A stretch of 64,000 nt of DNA from Camelus ferus (taxonomy: Eukaryota), in contig NC_045696.1 in the NCBI RefSeq assembly GCF_009834535.1, forward strand, positions 31,684,001 to 31,748,000, given 5' to 3'. The position numbers and the translations under genes were made by a program. Positions 52,879 to 64,000 of the stretch are shown piece after piece. How positions within the stretch are numbered: position 1 is the stretch's first letter; each line of letters begins with the position of its first letter. The notes beneath the pieces are model-generated. The model was not told the DNA's origin and did not search any database. It worked only from the letters and a program-made list of their open reading frames with translations.

Positions 52879-53660
52879 TTTTTTTTTTCAATTAAAGTAT
52901 AGTTGACTTACAATATTATATTAGTTTTAGGTGTACAATACAGTGATTCAGTATTTTTATAGGTTGTACTCCATATAAAGTTATCATAAAATATTGGTTA
53001 TAGTCCCTGTGCTATACATTACATTTTTTAATCTTATATTTAGTAGTTTGTACCTCTTAAGCCCCTTTCCCTATCCTGACTCTCTTCCCATTCCTCTCCC
53101 AAATGGTAAACAATCGTTTGTTCTCTTTATATGTAAGTTTGTTTGTTTTGTCATATTCATTTAATTTTTTTAGATTTCATATATAACTCAAAATATATAG
53201 TATTGTCTTTCTCTGTCTGACTTATTTCACTTAGAATAATATCCTCCAAATCCATCCATATTGTTGCAAATGCAAAATTTCATTATTTTTATGGCTAAGT
53301 AGTATTCCATTGGGTATATACACCACGTCCTCATCTATTCATCTGTTGATGGACGTAAGTTGCTTCCACATGTTGGTTACTGTAAACAGTGCTAATATGA
53401 ACATTGGGATGCATATAATTTCTGAAATACTCTTTTTATTTTCTTTGAATATATACCCAGGAGTAGAATTGCTGGATCATATGGTAGTTCCATTTTTAAC
53501 GTTTTGAGGATTCTCCATAGTTCTTGTACCAATTTATGTCCCAAAAACAGCGTACAAGTGTTCCTTTTCATTCACATCCTTGCCAAAACACATTATTTGT
53601 TGTCTTTTTTTTATGATAGTCATTCTGATATGTGCGAAGTGATATCTCATTGTAGGTTTT

Positions 53661-53703
53661 TGTTTAATTTTTTTTTTTATTGAAGTATAGTTGATGTAGT
53701 CAG
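53661..53703 (-). mobile_element. 43-bp L1 tail insertion nested in L1
   Basis: Poly(T)+ATTGAAGTATAGTTGAT flanked by TGTAGGTTTT (53651-53660)/TGTAGTTTTT (53704-53713). Confidence 0.8.
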
Positions 53704-55910
53704 TGTAGTTTTTATTTGCATTTTGCTAATGATTACTGATGTAGAGCATCTTTTCCTGTGCATGTTGGCCATTGGTATGTCTTCTTTGAAAATCCATTTT
53801 TTAATTGGATTGTTTCCTTTTTTCAATATTGAGTTGTATGACTTTTTATATATTTTAGATATTAACCCCCTATTAAACATATCATCTGCAAATATCTTCT
53901 CCCATTTAGCATGTTTTTTTTCTTACTTTGCTGATGGTTTTCTTCTCCGTGCAAAAAAATTTAATTTTGATTAGGTCCCATGTGTTTATTTTTATTTTTG
54001 TTTCCCTTGCTTATGGAGAAAATTAAAAAGAAAAATACTGCTAAGACCTATATCAAAGGGGGGCTGCCTATGTTTTCTTCTAGGAGTTTTATAGTTTCTG
54101 ATTTTATTACTTAAGTCTTTAATCCATTTTGAATTTATTTTTGTATACGATGAGAGAAACATTCTAATTTTTTTCATGGAGATGTAGCTGTCCAGTTTTC
54201 CCAACACCACTTATTGAAGATACTGTCTTTTCCCCAGTGTATACTCTTGACTCCTCTGTCCTAGATTAATTGACCATATGTGCCTGTAGGTTTATTTCGG
54301 GGCTTTCTATTATATTCCCTTGATCTATGTGTCTGTTTTTGTGCCAGTACCATACTGTTTGGATTTCTGTAGCTTTGCAGTATTTTCTGAAGCCAAGGAA
54401 TGTGATACCACCAGCTCCTGCCCTCTTAAGATTGTTTTGGCTCTTTGGGTTCTTGTGATTTCATACACATTTTAAGATTATTTGTTCTAGTTCTTTGAAA
54501 AATTCATGGGTATTTTGATAGATATTGCATTAAATATAGATGGATTTGTTAGTATAGGTATTTTAACAATATTAATTCTTCCCTTCCATAAACACAAGCA
54601 GTCTTTCCATATATTTGTATTTTCTTCAATTTCCTTCATCAGTATCTCCCTGGTTAAACTTATTTCTAGGTATTATATTTTTTTGGATGCAATTATAAAT
54701 AGGATTATTTTCTGGATTTTTTTTTTTTTTTTTGGTCCTGATAATTATTAGAAAGGCAATAGTTTTCTGCATATTAATCTCATATCCTGAAATTTTACTA
54801 AACTCATTTATTAGTTCTAATATGTTTTAGGTAGAATCTTTAGGTTTTTCTATATGTACGAACATTCCATAAGCAAATAATGGCAGTTTTACTTCATCTC
54901 TTCCAATTTGGATGCCATTTATTTCTTTTTCTTGTTTGGGTGCTGTGGCTAGAACTTTCAACATTATTTTAAATAGAAATGGGAAGAATGGACATCCTTT
55001 TCTTCTTCCTGGTCTTAGAAGAAAAGCTTTCCCATAATTGAGTATGATGCTAGTTGTGGGTTTGTCATAAATGGTCTTTATTATGTTGAGATATGTTTTC
55101 TTTATATCAACTATGCTGGGAGTTTTATAATGAATGAATATTGACTTTTGTCAAGTGATTTTTTCTGCATCTGTTGAGATGATCATGCGATTTTTAATCA
55201 TTCATTTTGTTAATGTTGTGTATTGCATTGATTAATTTGTAGATACTGAACCATCCTTACATCACTGGGATAAATCTCATGTGATCATGGTGTATGATCC
55301 TTTTTACATGTTATTGAATTTGATTTGTTAATATTTTAAATATTTTTCCAAGGATTTTTTTCTTCTATGTTCATCAGAGATAAGACGTTGGCCTATAATT
55401 TTCCTTTCTTGTAGTGTTTAGTTTGGTTTTGGTATTAGGATAATGTGGGCCTCATGCAGTAAGTTTGGGAGTGTTACTCCTCTTAAACTTTTTGCAATAT
55501 TTGAGAAGGATAGACATTAACTCTTCTTTATGTTTACTAGAATTCTCTCATGAAGCTGTGTGGTCCTGAGCTTTTATTTGCTGAGATATTTTTTATTATT
55601 GATTCAATTTCAGTACTAGTAATTGGTCTGTTCAGATTATCTATTTCTTCCTGATTCAGCCATAGATGATTATAGTTTCTAGGAATTTCTCAATTTCTTC
55701 TAGTTTGTCAATTTGTTTACAAATAAATGTTCATAGTATTATATTGTTATTGTATTCTTGTGATTTCAGTTGTAACTTTTCTTCTTTCATTTCTAATTTT
55801 GTTTATCTGGGTCCTCTTTGTTTTTCCTTAATGAGTGGATACAGGCTTATGAATTATGTTTATCTTTGCTAAAAACCAGCTTTTGTTTAGCTTTTGCTTT
55901 GGTTTCCTTA

Positions 55911-55912
<2 letters not shown>

Positions 55913-55943
<31 letters not shown>

Positions 55944-55968
55944 TGTATGTATGTATGTATGTATGTAT

Positions 55969-56007
<39 letters not shown>

Positions 56008-56012
56008 TTTTA
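55913..56012. repeat. Compound (ATGT)n(ATTT)n microsatellite inside L1 ORF2
   Basis: Seen directly. It produces the MYVC/YLFI pseudo-ORFs. Confidence 0.97.
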
Positions 56013-58193
56013 TGGCCTTCAGTTTATTTCCACTCTAATCTTTATTATTTTCTTCCTTCCGTTGACTTTGGGCTTTGTTTGTTCTTCTTTTTCTAATTCC
56101 TTTAGGTGATAGGTTAGGTTGCTTATCTGAGATTTTTCTTGTTTCTTGAAGTAGGCCAGTATCACTGTGAACTTTCCTCTTAAAACTGCTTTTGCTGCAT
56201 CCAAAAGATTTTGGAAAGCTGTATTTTATTTTCATTTGTATCCAAGTATTTTCTGATTTCCTTTCTGACTTCTTCATTGGCTCATTGTTTTTTAGTAGCA
56301 TATAGTTAGCCTCCATGTATTTGTGCCTTTTTTCCATTTTTTTTCCCCTGTAATTTTTAGTTTCACATTATTATAGTCAGAAAAGATACCTGATCTACTT
56401 TCTACCTTCTTAAATTTGTTGAGACCTCTTTTGCAGCCTAATGAATCTAACCTGAAGAAAATTCCATGGGCACTTGAAAAGAATGTGTATTCTGTTGGTT
56501 TGGAATGAAATGTCCTATAGATATGCATTAAGCCCAATTGGTCTAAAGGGTCACTGAAGGCCACTGTTTCCATGCTGATTTTCTATCCAGATGATTTTCT
56601 ATTGTCAGTGGGGTATGAAAGTCCCTTACTATCTTTGTGTTTCTGTCAATTTTCCCTATATGTCTGTTAATATTTCCTTATACATTAGGTTCTCCTACAT
56701 TAAGTGCTTATGTTTATGAATTGTATATCCTCTTCTTGAATTGATCCCTTTATCATTATACAATACTCTTATTTTTATAGATATTGTTTTAAAATTTACT
56801 TTGTCTGATGAGTATTGCTACCCCAGCTTTCTTTTGATTTCCATTTTCATGGAATATTTTTCCATCCCCTTACTTTCTGTGTGTCTTTTGCTCTGAAGTG
56901 AGTCTTTTGTAAGCAGCATATAGATGGTTATTGTTTCTTTATCTAATCTGCTACACTATGTCTTTTGATTGGCACATTTAGTCCATTGGCATTTAAGGTA
57001 ATTGCTGATAGGCATTGCCATTTTGTTACTTGTTTTCTGGTTGTTTCTATAGTTCTTCTCTCTTCTTTTATTCTTCTCATAGTCTTTTCTACTTTAGTTT
57101 TATGATTTTCATTAATATTAGGCTTGTATCCTTTTATCTCTAATTTTCATGTATGCCTTGTAGGTTTTGATTTGTGGTTACTGTGGAGTTCATATATACT
57201 GACCTGTAACTATACCTATATGTTTTAAACTGTTAGTCTTTTAAGTTCAAACACATTATAAAAGATCTATATTTTTTACTCCCCATCCATTTTTTGTTTG
57301 TTTTTGATGTCAAATTTTACATCTTTATGTCTATCCCTTAACTGTTTTAGTTATAGTTGATTTTACAATTTTTGTCTTTTAACCTTTGTGCTAGCTTAAA
57401 TGTTTCATCCAGTGATTTTACCATATATTCGCATTTACCAGTGTGAATCTCCCCTTCATATATTTTCTTATTTCTCATTATCACCTTTTCCTTTTCACTT
57501 AAAGAAGACCCTTTATAATTTCCTATAAGGTCAGTTTAGTAGTGATGAACTATTTAGGTTTTGTTTTTCCTGAGAAACTTTCTCTCTCCTTCAATTCAGT
57601 ATGTTAATCTTGCAAGCACATGCATTCTTATTGGCAGTTGTGGCCTCTGCCTTAGTGGTGAGCATTGCCAGAGCAGAAAGTGTTGGTCTAGAAGCCTGAT
57701 GCAAGTGGAGGGGTGAAATGAGGATGGTCCAGGCAGGCTATCCAAAGTACTCGGCAGTTGTCAATCTATTGCCTCCATGCTGGTCTTGGGATCAAGCAAG
57801 TCTATGTGCATTCTTTTCAGTTCCTTACAGCCATTTTATACGCCTTCATTTTCAAACCAGCTACGTGGGCTCATTTTCTCAGTGTCGGACCTTAAGGCTG
57901 GGATGCCTAATGCGTGGCTCAAACTCTTTGTTCTCCAGGGATCCCCAAGCCAGTAATATCTCCCTCCGCTCTAGGTCACTCACTAAGGATGCAGGTCTCA
58001 ATTAGATCCTATTTCTTCCCCTTCAACTAGACTTTCTGTAGTTCTTTATTTATAGCCTTGGTTGTAGAAGAACCATTCTGTTAGTCTCAAGGTCATTATC
58101 GGCAAGAATTGCTCTACATGTAATTGTAGTTTTGATTTGTTTGTGAAGGGAGGTGAGCTCAGAGGCCTCATACCTGCCAACTTGATCCTGTTC

Positions 58194-58285
58194 AGGTCTC
58201 ACCTCTTATGCCATCATATCAGTGTTTAGGATTTCAACAAATGAATTTGCGAAGACACAAACATTCAGTATGTGGCCATCAGTAT
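58194..58285 (-). mobile_element. MaLR LTR (MLT1A-like), right part
   Basis: CACCTCTTATGCCATCATATCAGTGTTTAGGATTTCAACAAATGAATTT...GACACAAACATTCAG continues the LTR from 52878. Confidence 0.88.
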
Positions 58286-60770
58286 ATACAAGAAAGTAAA
58301 CATATTATAATACCTTGTATTTATGTGACTTAAATCAATTTGAATTCTTAATATTATATTTTAGAATCAATCAGGATGCCCACATTTTTACCAAGAATTT
58401 CCTTAGTCTAATGAATATTGTATCTATAAATCCAAAATTAAAACAGCAAAACATCACATCTTTTCTTGTGTCCATATTGAGGAAAGTTAAAAAAAAAAAA
58501 AAACTTACATTTTCATATACTTTCTCTGACATTCCAAGAGTACTACCTGGCAGAGAGCCTAGAAGAACATAGAATATGTATATTTTACTTTCTTCTTTCA
58601 GCACCTAGTACCTGGCATGTACCTGTGGATGCTAAATAAATAATATTGACAAAGATAATGATGACTGCATATTGGCACTGAAAAGAAAGTTATAAAATTT
58701 GAATTGTGTTTTGTAGTAAAAAGAAAATTGCAGTCCACCATTTCATAATGATTCAACTGCCAGTATTTCTCTCTAATTCTGCCACTTTCTGCACTGGCTT
58801 CATGCCCTCTTTCTGTCCTTGGTTTTCTATCCTATAAGGTGATTACATGAGCAGGACAAATTAGAATAGGTTTATTTGATTGCCTTATTACCTTTGAGCA
58901 TGAAGCCATAGTTGAATAACTTTTACTGAATCCACTGTAAAATAAAATGCATTGTAGTAGGCTACCAATGAACATTACTGTTCATTGTAGGTAATAAAAA
59001 CCTGAAGATTTCACAGAAGGTATCAGTAACAAACTCCTACCGAAATTAGGGATCTTCTCCCCAATTTTACAGTAGATGTTCACCTACCTTCTACCTGAAT
59101 ATCTGCACTGATATAAAATACTGACTTTCAACTTATTACATTTTGTGTTGGATAGCTGCAATTGTTAGAGAATACTCCATTCCTTTAAACAAATTCTAAA
59201 TTCAATTAGTTTCTAGCCCTTATCCTTTGTTCGATTTCTGAGAACATATATAGGATAAATTTCATCATTCTTCAATACTACAGCTTTACAAATAGTTAAA
59301 GAAACTCTTCAGGTTTCTCACAAATAGTCTGGTCAGACTTTCTGTTTGCCTTGGAAAGTCCTAGTTTTTGCCTATTTTCTGGGAAGAGCATTTGTCCATC
59401 ATAGCAATTGTCTCAAATTTTTTCATTTTGACAAATAAAGCAGCATTAAATAATATTAAGAATTGGATAAAATAAGCTGGAACTAATTTAGTGGATCTTT
59501 AATTATTCCTCTCATCACCTGGCAAGATATCATCTAGTAGTGTATGTAATATATGTGCAGTAATTATCAATTTAACATGTGATGAAATTTGAAAAATGAG
59601 CTGAACTCTTTTCCTGAGGACACTTGATGATAAAAATAGTGTAAAGGGATAGGATAAGCTAGGTGAAACAAATTCATTTCAGCCTTGTGTTGGAAATTTA
59701 TTTAACCAGGATGTCTCCATAGACCAACTGTGCCAGCCAATTCCACCATGGGCTATGCCACAACTTATGAGATCCAGGAGTCTGCCATGTTACTAGTTCG
59801 TGTGATCAGTAGGAAATGTGAGAAACTGTAAATTACACATATGTGAAATATTTGTGGGCAGTATATTGAGCGGTACAACCATAGAGCAAATAGAGAAAAA
59901 CCTGAACATTCTTATAACAGCAGTTTAGTTAGTTCCATGCCTGGTGTAAAACTGCAATTGTTTATTTTATTGCTTGATGACATTTTTTATTTTGCTTTTA
60001 AGTGTTAGTGGTTCAAAAAACTTAAGATGACTTTCTAATAAAAATTAAGAACTAAATTTCTATTTCTCAGCAAAGTTAATAAAGACGAGTGTTGCACAAA
60101 ACTTGAAAACAAAAATGGTAATATAATATATGCAGTCAATAATATGCATTTCTCTATCACTCTAAAGTATGAATTATTTGTTAGATCAAATAATTAATCT
60201 TCTATAATAATTTTTGTCATTTTCAACTCCCAAGTATTTGTGAAAGGAAAAAAAATCTTAAATGAGTGTTATAGTATTAGTTTCATTAGCAACAGAAGCA
60301 ATTCACATTTAAACAATACTAGATTTATATTAATAGATATTTCAAAGAGAAAAACAGGTGAGATTACTCATATAATAATAATGTGATGGCTTATTCAATA
60401 AATGGAATAAAAGTAAAGCTTTTGGAAGCTCACCAGATATGATTCTGAATAGTTTTCTAAATTCAGTTAAAAAGTTGTACATTAAATTAAAATTCACTGT
60501 GTAGTATGATAATATTAGGAAACATATTGTCACTAACAAAACACATTTTGCAGACTCAGAATTATGGTAAGAATAATTTTTTCCTAAATTACCAATTCTA
60601 TGTAGCCAATGTTGTTGAAATTGGTAATATGAATGAATAATTCATAATTGCATGTATCCAAATGAGCAGTGATATTTTAGCAATTGAAATAAAATCTATG
60701 ATTGCCAAGATTTACATACACAAGAGAAACTGAAATACATAACTTTTCATGATGAAGCTGATGTTTAATT

Positions 60771-60799
60771 ATCATCATCATCATCATCATCATCATCAT
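60771..60799. repeat. (ATC)n microsatellite
   Basis: Nine perfect units plus AT. Confidence 0.95.
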
Positions 60800-61584
60800 T
60801 TTTTAGAAGAGTAATTCACACTTTCACTCTTTGTTGCCTGGTATCAACTGAATTTTACAAAGGTTTCATATTAAAAAAAATACTTTGTAAATCAACTTAA
60901 GTAGGCTATAATTCTGTTGAAACTTTTATAAATGAGTCTTCGACATTTGATAATAATTGTTTCAAAATCAGTTGGAAATCCTTAAAGAATTCAATGATCA
61001 AGAAATGAAGAGAAGTTACTTTTTGTAGCTTTTAGAGAATTTTAATTATTAAAATAAAGCTTGTAAACAAGAACATATTAGAGAAGTACACTGAAACTGA
61101 CTACTATGAAAATTTATTGGTAAGAGAGGAAAAAAACTGAATGATTAATGAGACTTTAAATAAGGTGCAAGGTCTAATTTTGAAATTCTGTATTTGTTCC
61201 GTGTTGTACATTGTGAGAATCATGTTTTCATATAGGTCCTATTTTTATTGGATAAATTTATATTCTATAGTGGAACTGGATTCTGTTGAGAGGTCTAAAA
61301 TTTTCCACATTCAAATTTGGCAAAACATTGAAAATAAGTACTAAAAAAATAGCCTATTCTTGAAATTCTAGGCCAAAAACATAGGTTTTTAAAACTTCTC
61401 TGAATAGAGGTAAAAAGCCTATAAACACTTGGGCTGAATTTTTACATATTTAAATATAATTAAAAATTCAAATTGAGACTACATTCCATTTAGCACAATT
61501 CTGAGATTTCTGCTAACTCAGAATTATAGACTATTTTCTCAATTAAAAACATATAGAAAGAATGGATTGAAAATGAAAATAGAT

Positions 61585-62662
61585 TGCTACTGGCTAAAAT
61601 GGCAGAATAGAAAGGTCATGAGTTCACTTCCCCTACAAGCACACCAACTATTAATGAGAAAAATCAAACAGTAGTATAAAAGATCTCCTACATTTAAAGA
61701 TTTAAAGAAGGAACCACGAGAAGGATAGGAGGGCTGGAAATGTGATATAGTCAGTACGCACACCCCAGAGAGGACAACCTACAAATGGGAGAATAATTAC
61801 AATTGCAGAGGTTCTCCCCAAGGAGGGGTTCAAGCCCCACATCAGAATCCTTAGTCCATGGGTCCTGTACCAGGAGGATGTGCCTCCAGTGTTTGGCTTT
61901 GAGACCGGTGGGACTTGCTTTTAGGAGAGCCAGAGGGTTATGGGGAACAGAGATTCCGATTCCACTCTTGCAGGATGTACACAGAATCTCACACACTCCA
62001 GGATCCAGAGCAGAGGCAGTAATTTGAAAAGGGTCAAGTCAGACCCACCTGCTGATCTTGGATAGTCTCCCATGGAAGCAGGAGGCAGCTGGAGCTCACC
62101 CTGGGACATGGACTCCAGCAGAAGGCCTTTTTGTGGGCTTATTCTACCACGTGGACACTGGTGCAGGCAATCATTTTGGAATTCTCCCTCTAGTTTATTA
62201 GCACTAGGACCAGGCCGTATCAAGCAACATAGTGTTGTAAGTCAATTATACTTCAAAAACAATCAAACAAACAAAAAATAAATTCATAGAAAAAGAGATC
62301 AGATTTGTGGTTATCAGAGGCATAGGTTAGAGGAGAAGGGGAACTTACTGAAGGCAGTCAAAAGGCACAAACTTCCGGTTGTAAAATAAATCAGTACTAG
62401 GGATGTAATTTACAACATGATAAATATAATTAACACTTCTGTATGCTATATACAAAAGTTAAGAGTAAATCCTAGGAGTTCTCATTACAAGAAAATATTT
62501 GTTCATTTTCTTTACTTTTGTATCTATATACAATAGATGTTCGCTAAACTTATTGTGATAATCACTTTATGATGAATGTAAATCAAACCATTACGCTGTA
62601 CACATTCAATTTTTACAGTGCTATATATCAATTATATCTCAACAAAACTGAAAGAAAAAAAA
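61585..62662 (+). mobile_element. LINE-1 5' UTR fused directly to L1 3' end (L1MA9-like), no ORFs
   Basis: AAAATGGCAGAATAG...GAGTTCACTTCCCC start and GC-richer UTR to about 62225, then TGTTGTAAGTCAATTATACTTCAAAA and 3' UTR ending CAATTATATCTCAACAAAACTGAAAGAAAAAAAA. Confidence 0.75.
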
Positions 62663-62686
62663 TAATGGAATAAGAATATTATGCCC

Positions 62687-64000
62687 TAAAAACAGACATA
62701 TGGATCAGTGGAACAGAATAGAAAGTCCAGAAATAAACCCACAGATCTATGGTCAATTAATCTTCAACAAAGGAGGCAAGAATATACAATGGAGAAAAGA
62801 CAGTCTCTTCAGCAAGTGCTGTTGGGAAAACTGGATAGCAGCATGTAAATCAATGAAGTTAGTACACTCCCTCACACTGTACACAAAAATCAACTCAAAA
62901 TGGCTTAAAGATTTAAATATAAGACAAGACACGATAAATATCCTAGAAGAAATAGGCAAAACATTTCCTGACATAAATCTTAGTGATGTTCTCCTGGAGC
63001 AGTCTACCCAGAAAATAAAAATAAGAGCAAAAATAAACAAATGGGATCTAATTAAACTTATAAGCTTTTGCAAAGCAAAGGAAAGCATAAGCAAAACAAA
63101 ATGACAACCTACAGAATGGGAGAAAATATTTGCAAATGATGTGACTGACAAAGGCTGAATTTCCAGAATATACAAACAGCTCATACGACATAATAACAAC
63201 AACAACAAAAAAAAAAAAAACAGTGCAAAAATGGGCAGAAGACCTGGACAAGCAATTCTCCCCTGAAGACATACAATGGCCAATAGGCACATGAAAAAAT
63301 ACTCAATATCAATAATTATCAGAAAAATGCAAATCAAAACTACAATGATGTATCACTTCATACCGGTCAGAATGGCCATCATTCAGAAGTCCATGAATGT
63401 TAAATGCTGGAGATGGTGTGGAGAAAAGGGAACCCTCCTACACTGCTGGTAGCAATGTAGTTTGGTACAGCCATTATGGAAAATACTGTGGAGATTCCTC
63501 AAAAAATTAAAAATAGAGTTACCATATAATGCAGCAATTCCACTTCTGGGCATATATCTGGAGGGAACTCTAATTCAAAAAATACATGCAACCCAATGTT
63601 CATAGCAGCACCATATACAATAGCCAAGACATGGAAGCAACCTAAATGTCCATTGACAGAAGACTGGATAAAGAAGTTGCAGTATATTTATACAATGAAA
63701 TACTATTCAGCCATAAAAAATAAAATAATGCCATTTACAGCAACATGGATGGACCTAGAGATTGTCATTCTAAGTGAAGTAAGCCAGGAAAAGAAAAATA
63801 CCATATGATATCACTCATATGTGGAATCTAAAAAAACAAAGCAAAGAAAGAAAAGAAAAGAAATGGATACCATGAACTCATCTACAAAACAGAAACAGAC
63901 TCATAGACATAGTAAACAATCTTATGGTTACTGAGACAAGGGGTGGGAAGGGATAAGTCTGGGAGTTTGAGATTTACAAATGTTAGCCACTATATATAAA
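62687..64000 (+). mobile_element. Young 5'-truncated LINE-1 (ORF2 end + 3' UTR), runs off window
   Basis: [45 protein letters not shown]. Highly similar to 11250-12510. Confidence 0.96.

Larger units (their letters stand above)
52879..58193 (-). mobile_element. LINE-1 (about 5.3 kb) with intact ends but most of ORF1 deleted
   Basis: Poly(T), 3' UTR, ORF2 (minus-strand DAAKAVLRGKF, YRTFHSKPTEYTFFSSAHG), spacer, short ORF1 end, then 5' UTR. Degenerate TSD 52865-52878/58194-58207. Confidence 0.92.

Noticed and set aside
55818..56109. Repetitive membrane-like peptides (MYVC/YLFI)
   Set aside because: Translation of the (ATGT)n(ATTT)n microsatellite.
58966..58987. 9-bp palindrome CAATGAACA-TTAC-TGTTCATTG as a steroid response element
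   Set aside because: Spacer is 4 nt rather than 3, and a single short inverted repeat is plausible by chance in 64 kb of AT-rich DNA.
62753..63337. Longest ORF in the track (194 aa, minus strand)
   Set aside because: Antisense frame of L1 ORF2, a common source of spurious predicted proteins.
572..63808. ORF-track entries as host protein-coding genes
   Set aside because: The recognisable ones are broken L1 ORF2 pieces or their antisense. The rest are short, often non-ATG and compositionally biased, with no family resemblance.

Overview
AT-rich, CpG-depleted mammalian genomic DNA with no protein-coding exon, RNA gene or CpG island that I can recognise. It reads as gene desert or deep intron. 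By my own coordinates about half the window is LINE-1. This includes one essentially full-length but inactivated copy (19877-26966), a twin-primed 5'-inverted copy (10585-12711), three internally deleted copies and several 3' fragments. The rest holds solo LTRs (MaLR/MLT1, ERVL, ERV1/MER41-like, ERVK-like), L2 and MIR relics, microsatellites and one 100-N assembly gap. A single short tRNA-derived SINE, together with the absence of Alu, B1, Bov-A/tA, PRE and SINEC, points to a camelid host (inference). The ORF-track entries are broken L1 fragments, antisense readings or chance ORFs. I found no convincing new multi-gene system. The most unusual items are retrotransposition hybrids: an LTR that ends in a poly(A) tail instead of U5 (49428-49902), an L1 tail carrying an 18-nt LTR-like tag plus a second poly(A) (32430-32459), an ERVK-like LTR with a duplicated terminus around a PBS-like remnant (14244-14270), and a MER41-like LTR keeping a GAS/STAT site (48550-48558). 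Repeat family names come from recognition by eye and need RepeatMasker/Dfam confirmation.
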